The position numbers and the translations under genes are program-made. A stretch of 41,366 nt of DNA from a virus (Duplodnaviria > Caudoviricetes): positions 1 through 41,366 of the IMG/VR virus record IMGVR_UViG_3300037484_000895. The stretch is one strand, 5' to 3'. The notes beneath the pieces are model-generated. The model searched no databases and was not told the origin of the DNA. It saw nothing but the letters and a program-made list of their open reading frames with translations. Below, piece by piece: positions 23,241-31,797 of this stretch (the stretch's first letter is position 1; every line of letters starts with the position of its first letter).

Positions 23241-24154
23241 CCACCATCGTCGCATATTTTAAGTCCGGCATCGGGAACCTGATCGTCGCGACGCCGGCAT
23301 TCCAGGCGCTTGCCTCCATGGACCCGTCGGGAAAGATCGACGTCTGCCTGGCGGCGAACTGGAAGGATTCGCGGGAGGCGGCGATCCGGGATCTTCTGGC
23401 CGGGTCTCCGTTCGTCGACCAGATCGTCACGTACCCGGGATCGATGAACGGTAAATACCGGGCTTACTTCATCCCGGTGCAGAGCGAGTCCTCCGATGCC
23501 GGTTCCTACATCCAGGCGCGGACGCGGTTCAACCGGGAGAAGTGGCCGGGGTCGAACTGGACGATCACGAAGGAGCACGAGATCGAGGCGAACATGCGGC
23601 ACGTCCGCGCCCTTGGATACAAGGGTCCGACGCCTCCGCTGTTCGTGCCCGTAGCCGCCGATCCGGTCCTCTCCCTGCCCCGCCCCATCGTCGGGCTGTG
23701 CAACGGGGCGTTCGGCTCGCCGATGTGGGACAAGAAGCACTGGCCGTACTTCCGGCAGCTCGCGGAGACGCTGCGGCTCTACTTCGGCGGCAGCGTAATC
23801 GGGGTCGGGGGCCCGGGGGAGCTCTCCGGCGTCCCCTTGGATGCGGACTACGGCGGGAAGCTCACGATGACGCAGACCGCGAAGGCGATCTCCCAGGCCG
23901 ACCTGTTCATCTCCACGGACACCGGCTGCATGCACGCCGCGGACGCCCTCGGGGTGCCGACCATCGCCCTGTTCGGCGCAACGCTCACATCGAAGAACGC
24001 CCCGGTGGGGAAGCGGTCGAAGATGATCCGGTCGAAGGAGCCGTGCGCTCCCTGCCAGTATTCCAACCTGTTCCATTCCTGCACCGTGTACCGATGCATG
24101 GAATCAATCCTTGTGGGGGACGTGATGCGCGAGGCGAGGAGGGTCCTGCCGTGA
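23237..24154 (+). CDS. Glycosyltransferase family 9 (WaaC/WaaF heptosyltransferase-like)
   Basis: GIGNLIVATPAFQAL, KKHWPYF, DLFISTDTGCMHAADALGVPTIALFG, CAPC...C...CM. Confidence 0.9.
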   Translation: MTTIVAYFKSGIGNLIVATPAFQALASMDPSGKIDVCLAANWKDSREAAIRDLLAGSPFVDQIVTYPGSMNGKYRAYFIPVQSESSDAGSYIQARTRFNREKWPGSNWTITKEHEIEANMRHVRALGYKGPTPPLFVPVAADPVLSLPRPIVGLCNGAFGSPMWDKKHWPYFRQLAETLRLYFGGSVIGVGGPGELSGVPLDADYGGKLTMTQTAKAISQADLFISTDTGCMHAADALGVPTIALFGATLTSKNAPVGKRSKMIRSKEPCAPCQYSNLFHSCTVYRCMESILVGDVMREARRVLP

Positions 24155-24702
24155 CCATGCTGATGGACGCAAAGACCCTGATCGGGGCCCCTCTGGACGC
24201 TTCCGGGGCCCACGACGGGCTCCTTGGAGACATCATTGACGGAGTGCTCGCGGAGGCCGGGGAGTTCATGGAGGCCTCAATCCTGAAGGTGACCGCCGAG
24301 GAAGTCTACTTCGACGGCGGGGAGAGGACCCTGTACCTGCCGCACTTCAACGTCTCCGGCGTTTCCGTCTACGAAGACGGGGTCCTGTTGGCGTCGGACG
24401 AATACACCCTCTATCCCGGCACGGGGACCTCCGCGGCGAAGATCCGCAGGGAAAGCGGACATTTCCCCAGGGGAAACCGCATCGTGAAGGTCATCTACGA
24501 CGGTGGGTACGCGGAGAACGACTACCCGGCGGCCCTGCGGCGCAAGCTCTTAAAGCAGGTCTCCTACGAGTTCCGGCGCCGCAGCGACCCCGGGCTCTCC
24601 GCCGTGTCGTACCCGGACGGATCGGTCCAGAAGTACACGATCGAAGAATGGCTTCCCGACGTCGAGAGGCATCTGCTCCGCCGGCGAAGGATTTGCCTGT
24701 GA
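24151..24702 (+). CDS. Head-tail adaptor (gp6-like connector)
   Basis: E.YFDGG..TLYLP, FPRGNRIVKVIYDGGY...P..L, final LP.V...L.RRR motifs; position. Confidence 0.85.
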   Translation: MTMLMDAKTLIGAPLDASGAHDGLLGDIIDGVLAEAGEFMEASILKVTAEEVYFDGGERTLYLPHFNVSGVSVYEDGVLLASDEYTLYPGTGTSAAKIRRESGHFPRGNRIVKVIYDGGYAENDYPAALRRKLLKQVSYEFRRRSDPGLSAVSYPDGSVQKYTIEEWLPDVERHLLRRRRICL

Positions 24703-25331
24703 TCAAGGGCAAGGTCGACGGAGCCGAGACGCTCGCCGGCGCGGTGCAGAAGATATCCCGTCGCGTTATGTCCGAGACGAAGCGAGTGCTGGCGGCCGAG
24801 GCGGTCCTCATGACCGCGCACACCAGGAAGTTCTTCATGTCCGGTCCGCGGCCGGAGCAGCTCGGAGTCCGGACCGGGAACCTGCGGTCGCAGACGAAGC
24901 CCCTGCCGGTCACCGAGCGCCCAGGGGTAATCGAATCCGGCATGGGATTCGGGACGACGTACGCCCGCCCGCACGTGGGCCCCAAGGGCCAGGTCACGAC
25001 GATCCGGGCGAAGAAGGGGAAGTTCCTCGCCATCCCGCTCAAGGCCGCCCTCACGCCGGCCGGGGTCCCTCGCGGGGCCCCAAGGTCCGGGATGTGGGGG
25101 GAGACGTTCTTCGCCAGGTCGGAGAAGGGGAAGCTGATCCTGTTCGGGAAGAAGGTCACGCAGAAGGGTAAAAGCGCCGGGCAGACTCGCGGCGGCATCG
25201 TTCCCCTGTTTCTCCTTATCAAGCAGGTCAAGATCAAGGCCCGCGTCCACCCGGAAGAGATCCTCGCGTACGAGAAGCCGCGGATGATCGCCGCGTTCCG
25301 GGGAATCGGGATCCGGCTGAGGGGAGCGTGA
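24699..25331 (+). CDS. Neck / tail-completion protein (HK97 gp10-like)
   Basis: Basic; RTGNLRS, YARPH, I.AKKGK.LAIP, V.I.AR motifs; GTGA-coupled. Confidence 0.75.
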   Translation: MIKGKVDGAETLAGAVQKISRRVMSETKRVLAAEAVLMTAHTRKFFMSGPRPEQLGVRTGNLRSQTKPLPVTERPGVIESGMGFGTTYARPHVGPKGQVTTIRAKKGKFLAIPLKAALTPAGVPRGAPRSGMWGETFFARSEKGKLILFGKKVTQKGKSAGQTRGGIVPLFLLIKQVKIKARVHPEEILAYEKPRMIAAFRGIGIRLRGA

Positions 25332-25332
25332 T

Positions 25333-25776
25333 ATGGCGGAGCCTCTGAAAACTCTGATCCTGCGGGCGATCGAGGAGGCGGTTATGGCCATCCCCGTCGT
25401 CGGTTCCGTGAAGCGGAACCCGCCGAGCCCTCCGAAGCGGGAGACGGCGATTTTTCCGGTCGTCTTTATCTACGACGACACGGAATCGAAGGTGAACAAC
25501 AACAGGTATTCCCGGAACACCTTCGCGGTCCAGTTAGAGACCTATTTTCTGGCCGACGAGGAGGACGCCAGCGACAAGGCGGATCTGATCGATTCCGAGA
25601 TCTACAAGGTCGCCCTGAAAGACCCGGGGATTCTGGCGCTCGTCAACTCCATCAGGCCGGAGGAAGGGAACACCTCAAGCAAGCAGTTCGTAGACGAGTT
25701 CATGGGGGTCCTGGTTGCCCGCTATGTCGTGGTGTACCAGCACGCCTACGGAGATCCCACCGACCCGGCGAAGTAG
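25333..25776 (+). CDS. Tail terminator protein (gpU-like)
   Basis: 147 aa, acidic, FPVVFIYD, ends YGDP; directly before the tail tube gene. Confidence 0.7.
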   Translation: MAEPLKTLILRAIEEAVMAIPVVGSVKRNPPSPPKRETAIFPVVFIYDDTESKVNNNRYSRNTFAVQLETYFLADEEDASDKADLIDSEIYKVALKDPGILALVNSIRPEEGNTSSKQFVDEFMGVLVARYVVVYQHAYGDPTDPAK

Positions 25777-25806
25777 CACGTAACTAAATAGATTTCCTTT
25801 CGTTTC

Positions 25807-25848
25807 AGGGGCCGCACTCCTCCTTTGGGGTGGCGGCCCTTTCTGTTT
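25807..25848 (+). terminator. Terminator-like hairpin containing an anti-SD sequence, upstream of the tail tube gene
   Basis: AGGGGCCGC...GCGGCCCTT followed by TCTGTTT; TCCTCCTT lies inside. Confidence 0.6.
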
Positions 25849-25888
25849 CCAACGACCGCAAAACCTACCAATGAAGGAGGAAGGAACG

Positions 25889-26413
25889 ATGCCTACCGCA
25901 CCGAGCACGGGGAATTACTACCTGGGGAAAGGGATCTTGAGCTTCGACCGGTTCGACTCCGACGGGCTGCCCACCGGCCTGCGGGACCTGGGCAACGCGC
26001 CCAACTTCACGATCCAGCCCACCCTCGAGACGCTGGACCACTTCTCTAGCCGGGAGGGGATCAAGACGAAGGACCTCTCCGTCGTCACGATGGTCGGCGC
26101 CACCGTGAAGTTCAAGCTGGAGGAGTACGACAAGGCGAACCTCGCCCTGGCGTTCCTCGGAGAAGTGTCCGGGAACATCATCCACGCGCTGACGCAGACG
26201 CAGCTCGAGGGCGAGCTCCGGTTCGCCGGCGGGAACGACATCGGACCGAACTTCAACGCGATCTGCTGGCGGGTGCGCCTGAAGCCGACCTCCGAGGTCC
26301 CTTTCATCACGGACGAGTGGGGCGGGATCGAGTTCGAGGGCGAGATCCTATCCGACGTCGCGAACCACCCGACCTCGCCGTTCTTCGACCTCGAAGAGAT
26401 CGTGGCGAGCTGA
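25889..26413 (+). CDS. Major tail (tube) protein
   Basis: NYYLGKG, RDLGN, HFSSREG, LKP....I.DEW..IEFEG motifs; strong SD. Confidence 0.85.
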   Translation: MPTAPSTGNYYLGKGILSFDRFDSDGLPTGLRDLGNAPNFTIQPTLETLDHFSSREGIKTKDLSVVTMVGATVKFKLEEYDKANLALAFLGEVSGNIIHALTQTQLEGELRFAGGNDIGPNFNAICWRVRLKPTSEVPFITDEWGGIEFEGEILSDVANHPTSPFFDLEEIVAS

Positions 26414-26414
26414 T

Positions 26415-26855
26415 ATGGCACCTGGAAAAGCCGACGAACAGGTCCTCTTCCCTGATGTCGAGGTAGAGGGATACACGGTCCGGCCGTGGACGTTGGCGCA
26501 GTCCGTCGCGCTGGCGCCCACGCTCGGGGCGCTGGTGGAGATCGCAAGGGGTGCCGGGGTCGGGGAGATCCTCATGAAGTTCATGGATCTCCTCGGCCCC
26601 GGGCAAGGGGGCGCCGAGGATGCATTCGCCGGCGCGCAGCAGGAGATCGCGAAAGTCCTGCCCGGCCTGCTGCCGAAACTCATCCCGCATGCTCCGAAAA
26701 TCCTCTCCGTCTCCCTCGCCATCACGGAGGAGGAGGCCGGGGCGTTCGATCTCAAGAAAGCCACCACGCTCCTGCTCGCGATTATCGTGGGGAACATCGA
26801 CTACCTAAAAAACTCCTTCGGCCCGGTGAACGCAGCGCCAGCGATGGCGAGCTGA
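26415..26855 (+). CDS. Tail assembly chaperone (gpG-like)
   Basis: Between tube and tape measure genes; slippery A AAA AAC near the 3' end. Confidence 0.85.
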   Translation: MAPGKADEQVLFPDVEVEGYTVRPWTLAQSVALAPTLGALVEIARGAGVGEILMKFMDLLGPGQGGAEDAFAGAQQEIAKVLPGLLPKLIPHAPKILSVSLAITEEEAGAFDLKKATTLLLAIIVGNIDYLKNSFGPVNAAPAMAS

Positions 26856-27160
26856 TCCGGGCCGTCGAGTTCCTGGTATCGAGAGGGCATTCGCTTCACG
26901 ACGTCCTGCACGTCTACACGATGGAGCAGGTCCACGCGCTCGAGGAGGCCGCCCACCAGAACGCCTCCTCCGACACGGCCGAGGCGGCGACGGCGTTTCG
27001 TGCCGCGCAGGCCCAGGACGCCGCCTGGAAGAAGTATCTGGACCATCTCTCCGCAAGGTCGAAGAAGGCCGGGAAGAAATCGGCAGCGATGGCTCCCGCC
27101 GTGATGTCACGGGCGCAGATGGCGGAGCTTAAGAAGTTGTCCTCCAGAAGGGCGAACTGA
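26807..27160 (+). CDS. Tail assembly chaperone -1 frameshift extension (gpT-like)
   Basis: Heptamer A-AAA-AAC at 26807-26813 is in frame with gpG; the -1 frame is open to TGA 27160 (...DYLKKLLRPGERSASDGELIRAVEFL...). Confidence 0.85.
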   Translation, partial: KKLLRPGERSASDGELIRAVEFLVSRGHSLHDVLHVYTMEQVHALEEAAHQNASSDTAEAATAFRAAQAQDAAWKKYLDHLSARSKKAGKKSAAMAPAVMSRAQMAELKKLSSRRAN

Positions 27161-30100
27161 TGGCGAACGAGCAGACCATAGCGAACCTGATCGTCAAGCT
27201 CTCCGCCCAGACGGTGGAGCTCGCCTCCGGCCTGAAGAAGGCGGAGGGGCTCGTCGGCAGCTTCAAGACCGCCGCCGTCAGGATCCTCGGCGGCCTGTCC
27301 CTGGCCGGGATCGGTATCGGGCTGGCGCGCGGCGTCCGCGATGCGCAGCTCTACGCCGCGGAGATGGCGAAGCTCGCCGAGAAGACGAACACGAACATCG
27401 AGGTCATCTCGTCGCTCGCCGACGCCGCGGACGACCTGGGGGTATCGGCGGAGCAGCTCGCCAACGGGATCAAGTTCCTCGGCAAATCCGCCTGGGAGGC
27501 GACGAACGCGACGGGGCCACAGAGGGAGGCCTTCAAGGCGCTGGGCGTGCAGTACGAGTCCATGCCCGGGGTCGTGCGTCCCACGATCGACATCCTGCTG
27601 GACGTATCCGACGCACTGAAAAACATGGAGGGGGACGCCCGGCGGAACCCCTTGGCAATGGCCTTGATGAGCCGCGGCTTCATGGACATGATTCCGCTGC
27701 TGACGAAGGGCCGGGGGGCCCTCCTCGACTGGATGGCGTCTTCAAAAGACGCCGGTAAGGTGATCGACGCCTACACCGGGAAGGCGGCCCGGCAGTTCAA
27801 CGTCGACCTCTCCAACCTGAAGGACAACATCCAGGGCCTCGCGATCGCCGTGATGGGGGATCTGCTGCCGTCCGTTTCCGCGGGGATCAAGAAGCTCCTC
27901 GAATGGTCGGCGTCGATGAAGGACCTCCACAGTCCGATCTCCCTCTTAACCGACGCCGTCAAAGCGCTCGCCATCGTGACGATCCCGCTGCTGGCCGCGA
28001 AACTCCTCGGCATGATCGGGACCATCTCGGTAGTGAGCGCGGCGCTCGAGCAGATCGCCTTCGCGCGGGCGATCGGTGGATTCTCCACCCTCGCCCTTGC
28101 GGTCACCAATGCCGGATACATCCTGAAGGCCTTCGCCGTCTCCGCCCTGGGGCCCTTGCTGCTGAACCCGATCACGCTGGTCGCCGCCGCGCTCGGGGGG
28201 CTGGCCTTCCTGTGGATCCGGCTTGGAAAGGCCACCGAGGAAGCCCGCATCGAGCACGAGAAGTACGTCGCGGCCGTCTCCTCCATGGATCTTGGCACGG
28301 CGCAAGCGGAGATCGCGAAGTACCAGGCGTATCTGAACACGCTCGCGAACTTCATCCGGCAGAAACGCGAGGAGCTTGATCGGGAGACGACAGCTTTCGG
28401 GCAGGCGGCCATCGGCCGCGTTCTGGACATGGCGCTGAAGTATCAGACCGAAGCCCTCGCCCGGCTGGATCTGCTGAAGAAGCAGGCGGATAAGACCAAG
28501 ATCGCGCCCAAGATCGACACGAACGTACAGGCACTGGAAAAGATCATCGGCAAGACGCAGGAATTCCAGAACGCGCTCGCCGGACTGAACAATCCCGCGG
28601 CCGGAGCCAGGACCGCCCTGAAGGCGTTTGAAGACGAGATTCGCCGGACGACAGCCGTCTCTCCCGAACTGGAATCGGCGCTCGGCAGGATGTGGGCCGC
28701 GTTCAACCGCCTCCAGTCTGCCACAGAGAAGAAGGCGCTCACGGAGGCCATCGACAAGAGGAGCTTCTCCGAGTCCGTCCAGGCCGTCGAAGCCGACATG
28801 CAGCGGCTGGAGGTGGATTACAAGGCCGGGCTGGTCTCCCTGGAGTCGTATCACGCGCAGCGGATGACCTTGATCCAGAAGCAGGTCGCCGCCGAGGTGG
28901 CGTTCCTCGAGAAGCAGAAGCTCCCCGGCCTGCCAGAGAGCAAGAAGGTGGAGATCGACACGTCCATCTCCGAGAGGCGTGCGGCCGGCGAGCGGAAGAT
29001 CACGGACGAGGTGACACTCCAATCGGAGGCGTACCGCAAGCTCCGTGCGGATCAGCGCGAGGGGGACCTTTCCGGGATCCTGGACCGGAATATCGCAGCC
29101 GTCGCGGAGCTCACCCACCAATACGAGGACGGGCTGGTCTCCATCACCGCCTACTATGCCGAGCGGCGACGGCTCGCGGCGGAAGCCGCCGGTGCGGAAG
29201 AAAAGGAAGCCGGGATACAGGTAACGACCGCGAAGCCGGAGAACAGGGAAGAGGCGATCAACCGGCTCAACGCGATCCGCAGGAAGGCTACGGCGGACAA
29301 GATCGCACTGGACCGCGAGGAAGTCATGTCGTCCCGCGCGGCCGTCGCGGCGGAGATCCAGATACGAGCGGATTACCTGTCCCTCCTCTCCTCCGGTTCG
29401 GAGGATGGCCTCGCGGCGATGCGGCTGCAGGGGCAAGCCGAGCTTGCCCTCCTCGAACAGAGGGAGCTCGACGAGATCGCGCAGTTGAATGCCCACCTCG
29501 CGGAGAAGACCGACGCCGAGATGAGCTTCAACGAGAAGCGCCAGGCGATGGAGGACCTTTACGCCGCGCAGGACCGCAGGAGGAAGCAGAAGACCGTCGA
29601 CATCGAGAGACAGATCGACCAGACAAGGCTGCAAAACTATCTCACGATAGCGAGCGGCATGGGCGACATCTTCGGCCAGATTTACGAGATGGGCGGGAAG
29701 AAGATGAAGGTCTTCTTCTACCTGCAGAAGGCGATGTCGATCGCTCAGATCACCATGCAGGCCGCCATCGCGGCCATGACCGCTCTGGCCCCCCCGCCCG
29801 TCGGGCTTGGTCCCCTGGCCGGACAAGGCCTGGCGGCCGCCGTTTGGGCGATAGCGGGGGCGAACATCGCTCTCGTTGTCGCACAGACGATTAAAGGCAT
29901 GTGGAAGGGCGGTCCCGTCACCGGAGGCTCGGGTGCCAGGGACGACGTTCCGGCGATGCTAACCCGCGGGGAGTACGTGCAGCCGGAGCCGACGGTCAGG
30001 TATTACGGCACCGGAATAATGGAAGCCATCCGGCGGAGGGTCATCCCGAAGGACATCCTCCAGGGGTTCGGCTTCTTCCCCGTGGCCCGGCCGGAGTTCG

Positions 30101-30264
30101 CGTTTGCCGGCGGGGGAATGGTCTCAGGGGGCGGTGGCGGGTCGAGCACGTCGATCAGCGTCGGGCCGATCAACGTGAACGGCGGCGGCAAGGAGCTCGC
30201 GTCCCGGCTGCGCGTCAACATCGAAGAGGTCGTCATCAAGACCCTGCGGGAGCAGACCAGGTGA
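27160..30264 (+). CDS. Tape measure protein (1034 aa)
   Basis: IANLIVKLSA start, Ala-rich helical body, TM segments, C-terminal GG.V.G....DDVPAML..GEYV motif. Confidence 0.95.
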   Translation: MANEQTIANLIVKLSAQTVELASGLKKAEGLVGSFKTAAVRILGGLSLAGIGIGLARGVRDAQLYAAEMAKLAEKTNTNIEVISSLADAADDLGVSAEQLANGIKFLGKSAWEATNATGPQREAFKALGVQYESMPGVVRPTIDILLDVSDALKNMEGDARRNPLAMALMSRGFMDMIPLLTKGRGALLDWMASSKDAGKVIDAYTGKAARQFNVDLSNLKDNIQGLAIAVMGDLLPSVSAGIKKLLEWSASMKDLHSPISLLTDAVKALAIVTIPLLAAKLLGMIGTISVVSAALEQIAFARAIGGFSTLALAVTNAGYILKAFAVSALGPLLLNPITLVAAALGGLAFLWIRLGKATEEARIEHEKYVAAVSSMDLGTAQAEIAKYQAYLNTLANFIRQKREELDRETTAFGQAAIGRVLDMALKYQTEALARLDLLKKQADKTKIAPKIDTNVQALEKIIGKTQEFQNALAGLNNPAAGARTALKAFEDEIRRTTAVSPELESALGRMWAAFNRLQSATEKKALTEAIDKRSFSESVQAVEADMQRLEVDYKAGLVSLESYHAQRMTLIQKQVAAEVAFLEKQKLPGLPESKKVEIDTSISERRAAGERKITDEVTLQSEAYRKLRADQREGDLSGILDRNIAAVAELTHQYEDGLVSITAYYAERRRLAAEAAGAEEKEAGIQVTTAKPENREEAINRLNAIRRKATADKIALDREEVMSSRAAVAAEIQIRADYLSLLSSGSEDGLAAMRLQGQAELALLEQRELDEIAQLNAHLAEKTDAEMSFNEKRQAMEDLYAAQDRRRKQKTVDIERQIDQTRLQNYLTIASGMGDIFGQIYEMGGKKMKVFFYLQKAMSIAQITMQAAIAAMTALAPPPVGLGPLAGQGLAAAVWAIAGANIALVVAQTIKGMWKGGPVTGGSGARDDVPAMLTRGEYVQPEPTVRYYGTGIMEAIRRRVIPKDILQGFGFFPVARPEFAFAGGGMVSGGGGGSSTSISVGPINVNGGGKELASRLRVNIEEVVIKTLREQTR

Positions 30265-30638
30265 AACTCGGAGCCCTCACGCTGGCGTGGGACCCAGACA
30301 AGTGGACGATCCCGGACGCCCGGCAGGTGATTTCCGAACAGGATACCTACTCATCGAACGTCATCTTTTTCTACGGGGAGAAGATCGTCGGGAAGCAGAT
30401 CGACCTTGAGTGGGAGTGGATGTCAAAGGCGCAGTTCGACGCCCTCGACGTTCTGTACCAGGCCGACCTGCCCGTCGTCTGGGATATGGAAGAGGCCCTT
30501 GATCCGAGGACGTTCACCGTGGAGATCCTTTCGCTCGACGGCGAGTTATTCGACGTGGCGCTGTGGGATATGCCGCACCGGAAGAACGTGAAGGTGTCGC
30601 TGCTCGTCCTTGCGGCCGGCGAGCTGGTGCTGTCGTGA
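30261..30638 (+). CDS. Distal tail (Dit-like) protein 1
   Basis: 125-aa beta-rich protein immediately after the tape measure gene; GTGA-coupled. Confidence 0.7.
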   Translation: MKLGALTLAWDPDKWTIPDARQVISEQDTYSSNVIFFYGEKIVGKQIDLEWEWMSKAQFDALDVLYQADLPVVWDMEEALDPRTFTVEILSLDGELFDVALWDMPHRKNVKVSLLVLAAGELVLS

Positions 30639-31621
30639 AGCTCGGGGCCTACGAGTTCGAGTGGGTCCCGGACGAGATGGACATCCCGCGCCCTGAGAAA
30701 ACCGTCGCCGTTCAGGAGAACCTCGGCAACGTCGGGTTCTTCTCGTGGGGGCCGCAGCTGATCGGCAAGGAAGTGAAGATGAAGTGGAAGTTCACCTCCG
30801 TCGCGCAGTACGAGGCGTTCCGGGCTTTGTACCTTGCGGGCGGCGTTCACGTGCTGGACCTGACGCCGGAGACGATGGTGTACGACGACGGAGAGGCACT
30901 CGTGGGAGATCCTGAAGGTCTCGTTTATCCGCATCCGCTGTATCCGGGAGTCGCCGGAGGTCCGACGTACCGCAGGTTCTACGTCGGCCTGATCTTCGAA
31001 GCGGAAGGTGCGGGAGACGCCCAATGGCCCGACATCAACGATCCGGACCATCAATACGTCTTTCAGGACTATCAGGCGTTTCTGGATCCGCAGGGGATGC
31101 CATCCGTATCCGAAGGCGTACCGAAGGCCCTCAGCCTGGTCGATCCCGCGAATGCATATATCGAGTTCGATCAGGACATGGCCAAGGGGCTCCCGAACTG
31201 GCGACCCGGAAGTATCATCATGGATTCGCAGGGGAACACGTGGACGGTCGTGCTCCCGTGGCAGGACGAACTCCGCCCGTACTGGATCTATCCTGACCCG
31301 CCTCTCACGACAACGAAGATTTATTACCGCGCAGCGGAGGTCACTCCGCCTGCGTTTTACCCGGAAGTGTCCGGAAGCGGTCCGCATTTCGTCGAGGTTC
31401 GGGCCGGGGCGCTCAGCTCCCGGATATTCAACTCCACCTTCTCCGACAACGGGTACAGCGTGGTGACGGAATGCGGCGAGGATGCGATCGGAACTTGGTT
31501 CAAAATCCGCCCTGATTCCGGTTATTCGCAGGTGAGGCTTTGCGCCGGGGAGCAGCCGAGCCTTTGGGCTTCGGGAGTGGGTTTCAGCGCCGGCATCGAC
31601 GTAATGCCTTGGGGTCCGTAG
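30635..31621 (+). CDS. Dit-like protein 2: N-terminal half plus a ~250-aa inserted domain
   Basis: First ~80 aa align with Dit 1 (KLGA....W.PD...IP...FF..G....GK.....W......Q..A...LY); ends at TAG. Confidence 0.7.
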   Translation: MKLGAYEFEWVPDEMDIPRPEKTVAVQENLGNVGFFSWGPQLIGKEVKMKWKFTSVAQYEAFRALYLAGGVHVLDLTPETMVYDDGEALVGDPEGLVYPHPLYPGVAGGPTYRRFYVGLIFEAEGAGDAQWPDINDPDHQYVFQDYQAFLDPQGMPSVSEGVPKALSLVDPANAYIEFDQDMAKGLPNWRPGSIIMDSQGNTWTVVLPWQDELRPYWIYPDPPLTTTKIYYRAAEVTPPAFYPEVSGSGPHFVEVRAGALSSRIFNSTFSDNGYSVVTECGEDAIGTWFKIRPDSGYSQVRLCAGEQPSLWASGVGFSAGIDVMPWGP

Positions 31622-31795
31622 ATGGCACTCGTTGAAGAAGACCTGCACGCCGCGCCGACCGGCCAGACCGCCCTGAAGTACAACGTGGTCATTAAGGACC
31701 TGAAGGCGAAGTTCATGGAAGTAGTGGACTACGACCAGCCGTACCGCATGGAGGTTGAATTGACGCTTTCCATCCGATCCGTGAACACGGACTGA
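31622..31795 (+). CDS. Dit-like protein 2: C-terminal half (57 aa), in frame after the TAG
   Basis: Not in the ORF track; KYNVVIKDLKAKFMEVVDYDQPYRMEVELTLSI aligns with Dit 1 TFTVEILSLDGELFDVALWDMPHRKNVKVSLLV. Confidence 0.7.
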   Translation: MALVEEDLHAAPTGQTALKYNVVIKDLKAKFMEVVDYDQPYRMEVELTLSIRSVNTD

Positions 31796-31797
31796 TC

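Noticed and set aside
6460-31624. Three in-frame TAG-ATG junctions (6460, 8796, 31619) suggesting genome-wide amber recoding
   Set aside because: TAG is a normal stop at 18428, 25774 and 37695, each followed by an intergenic hairpin. At 8796 a complete methyltransferase and an initiator with its own GGAGG SD are clearly separate genes. Only the 31619 case splits a domain.
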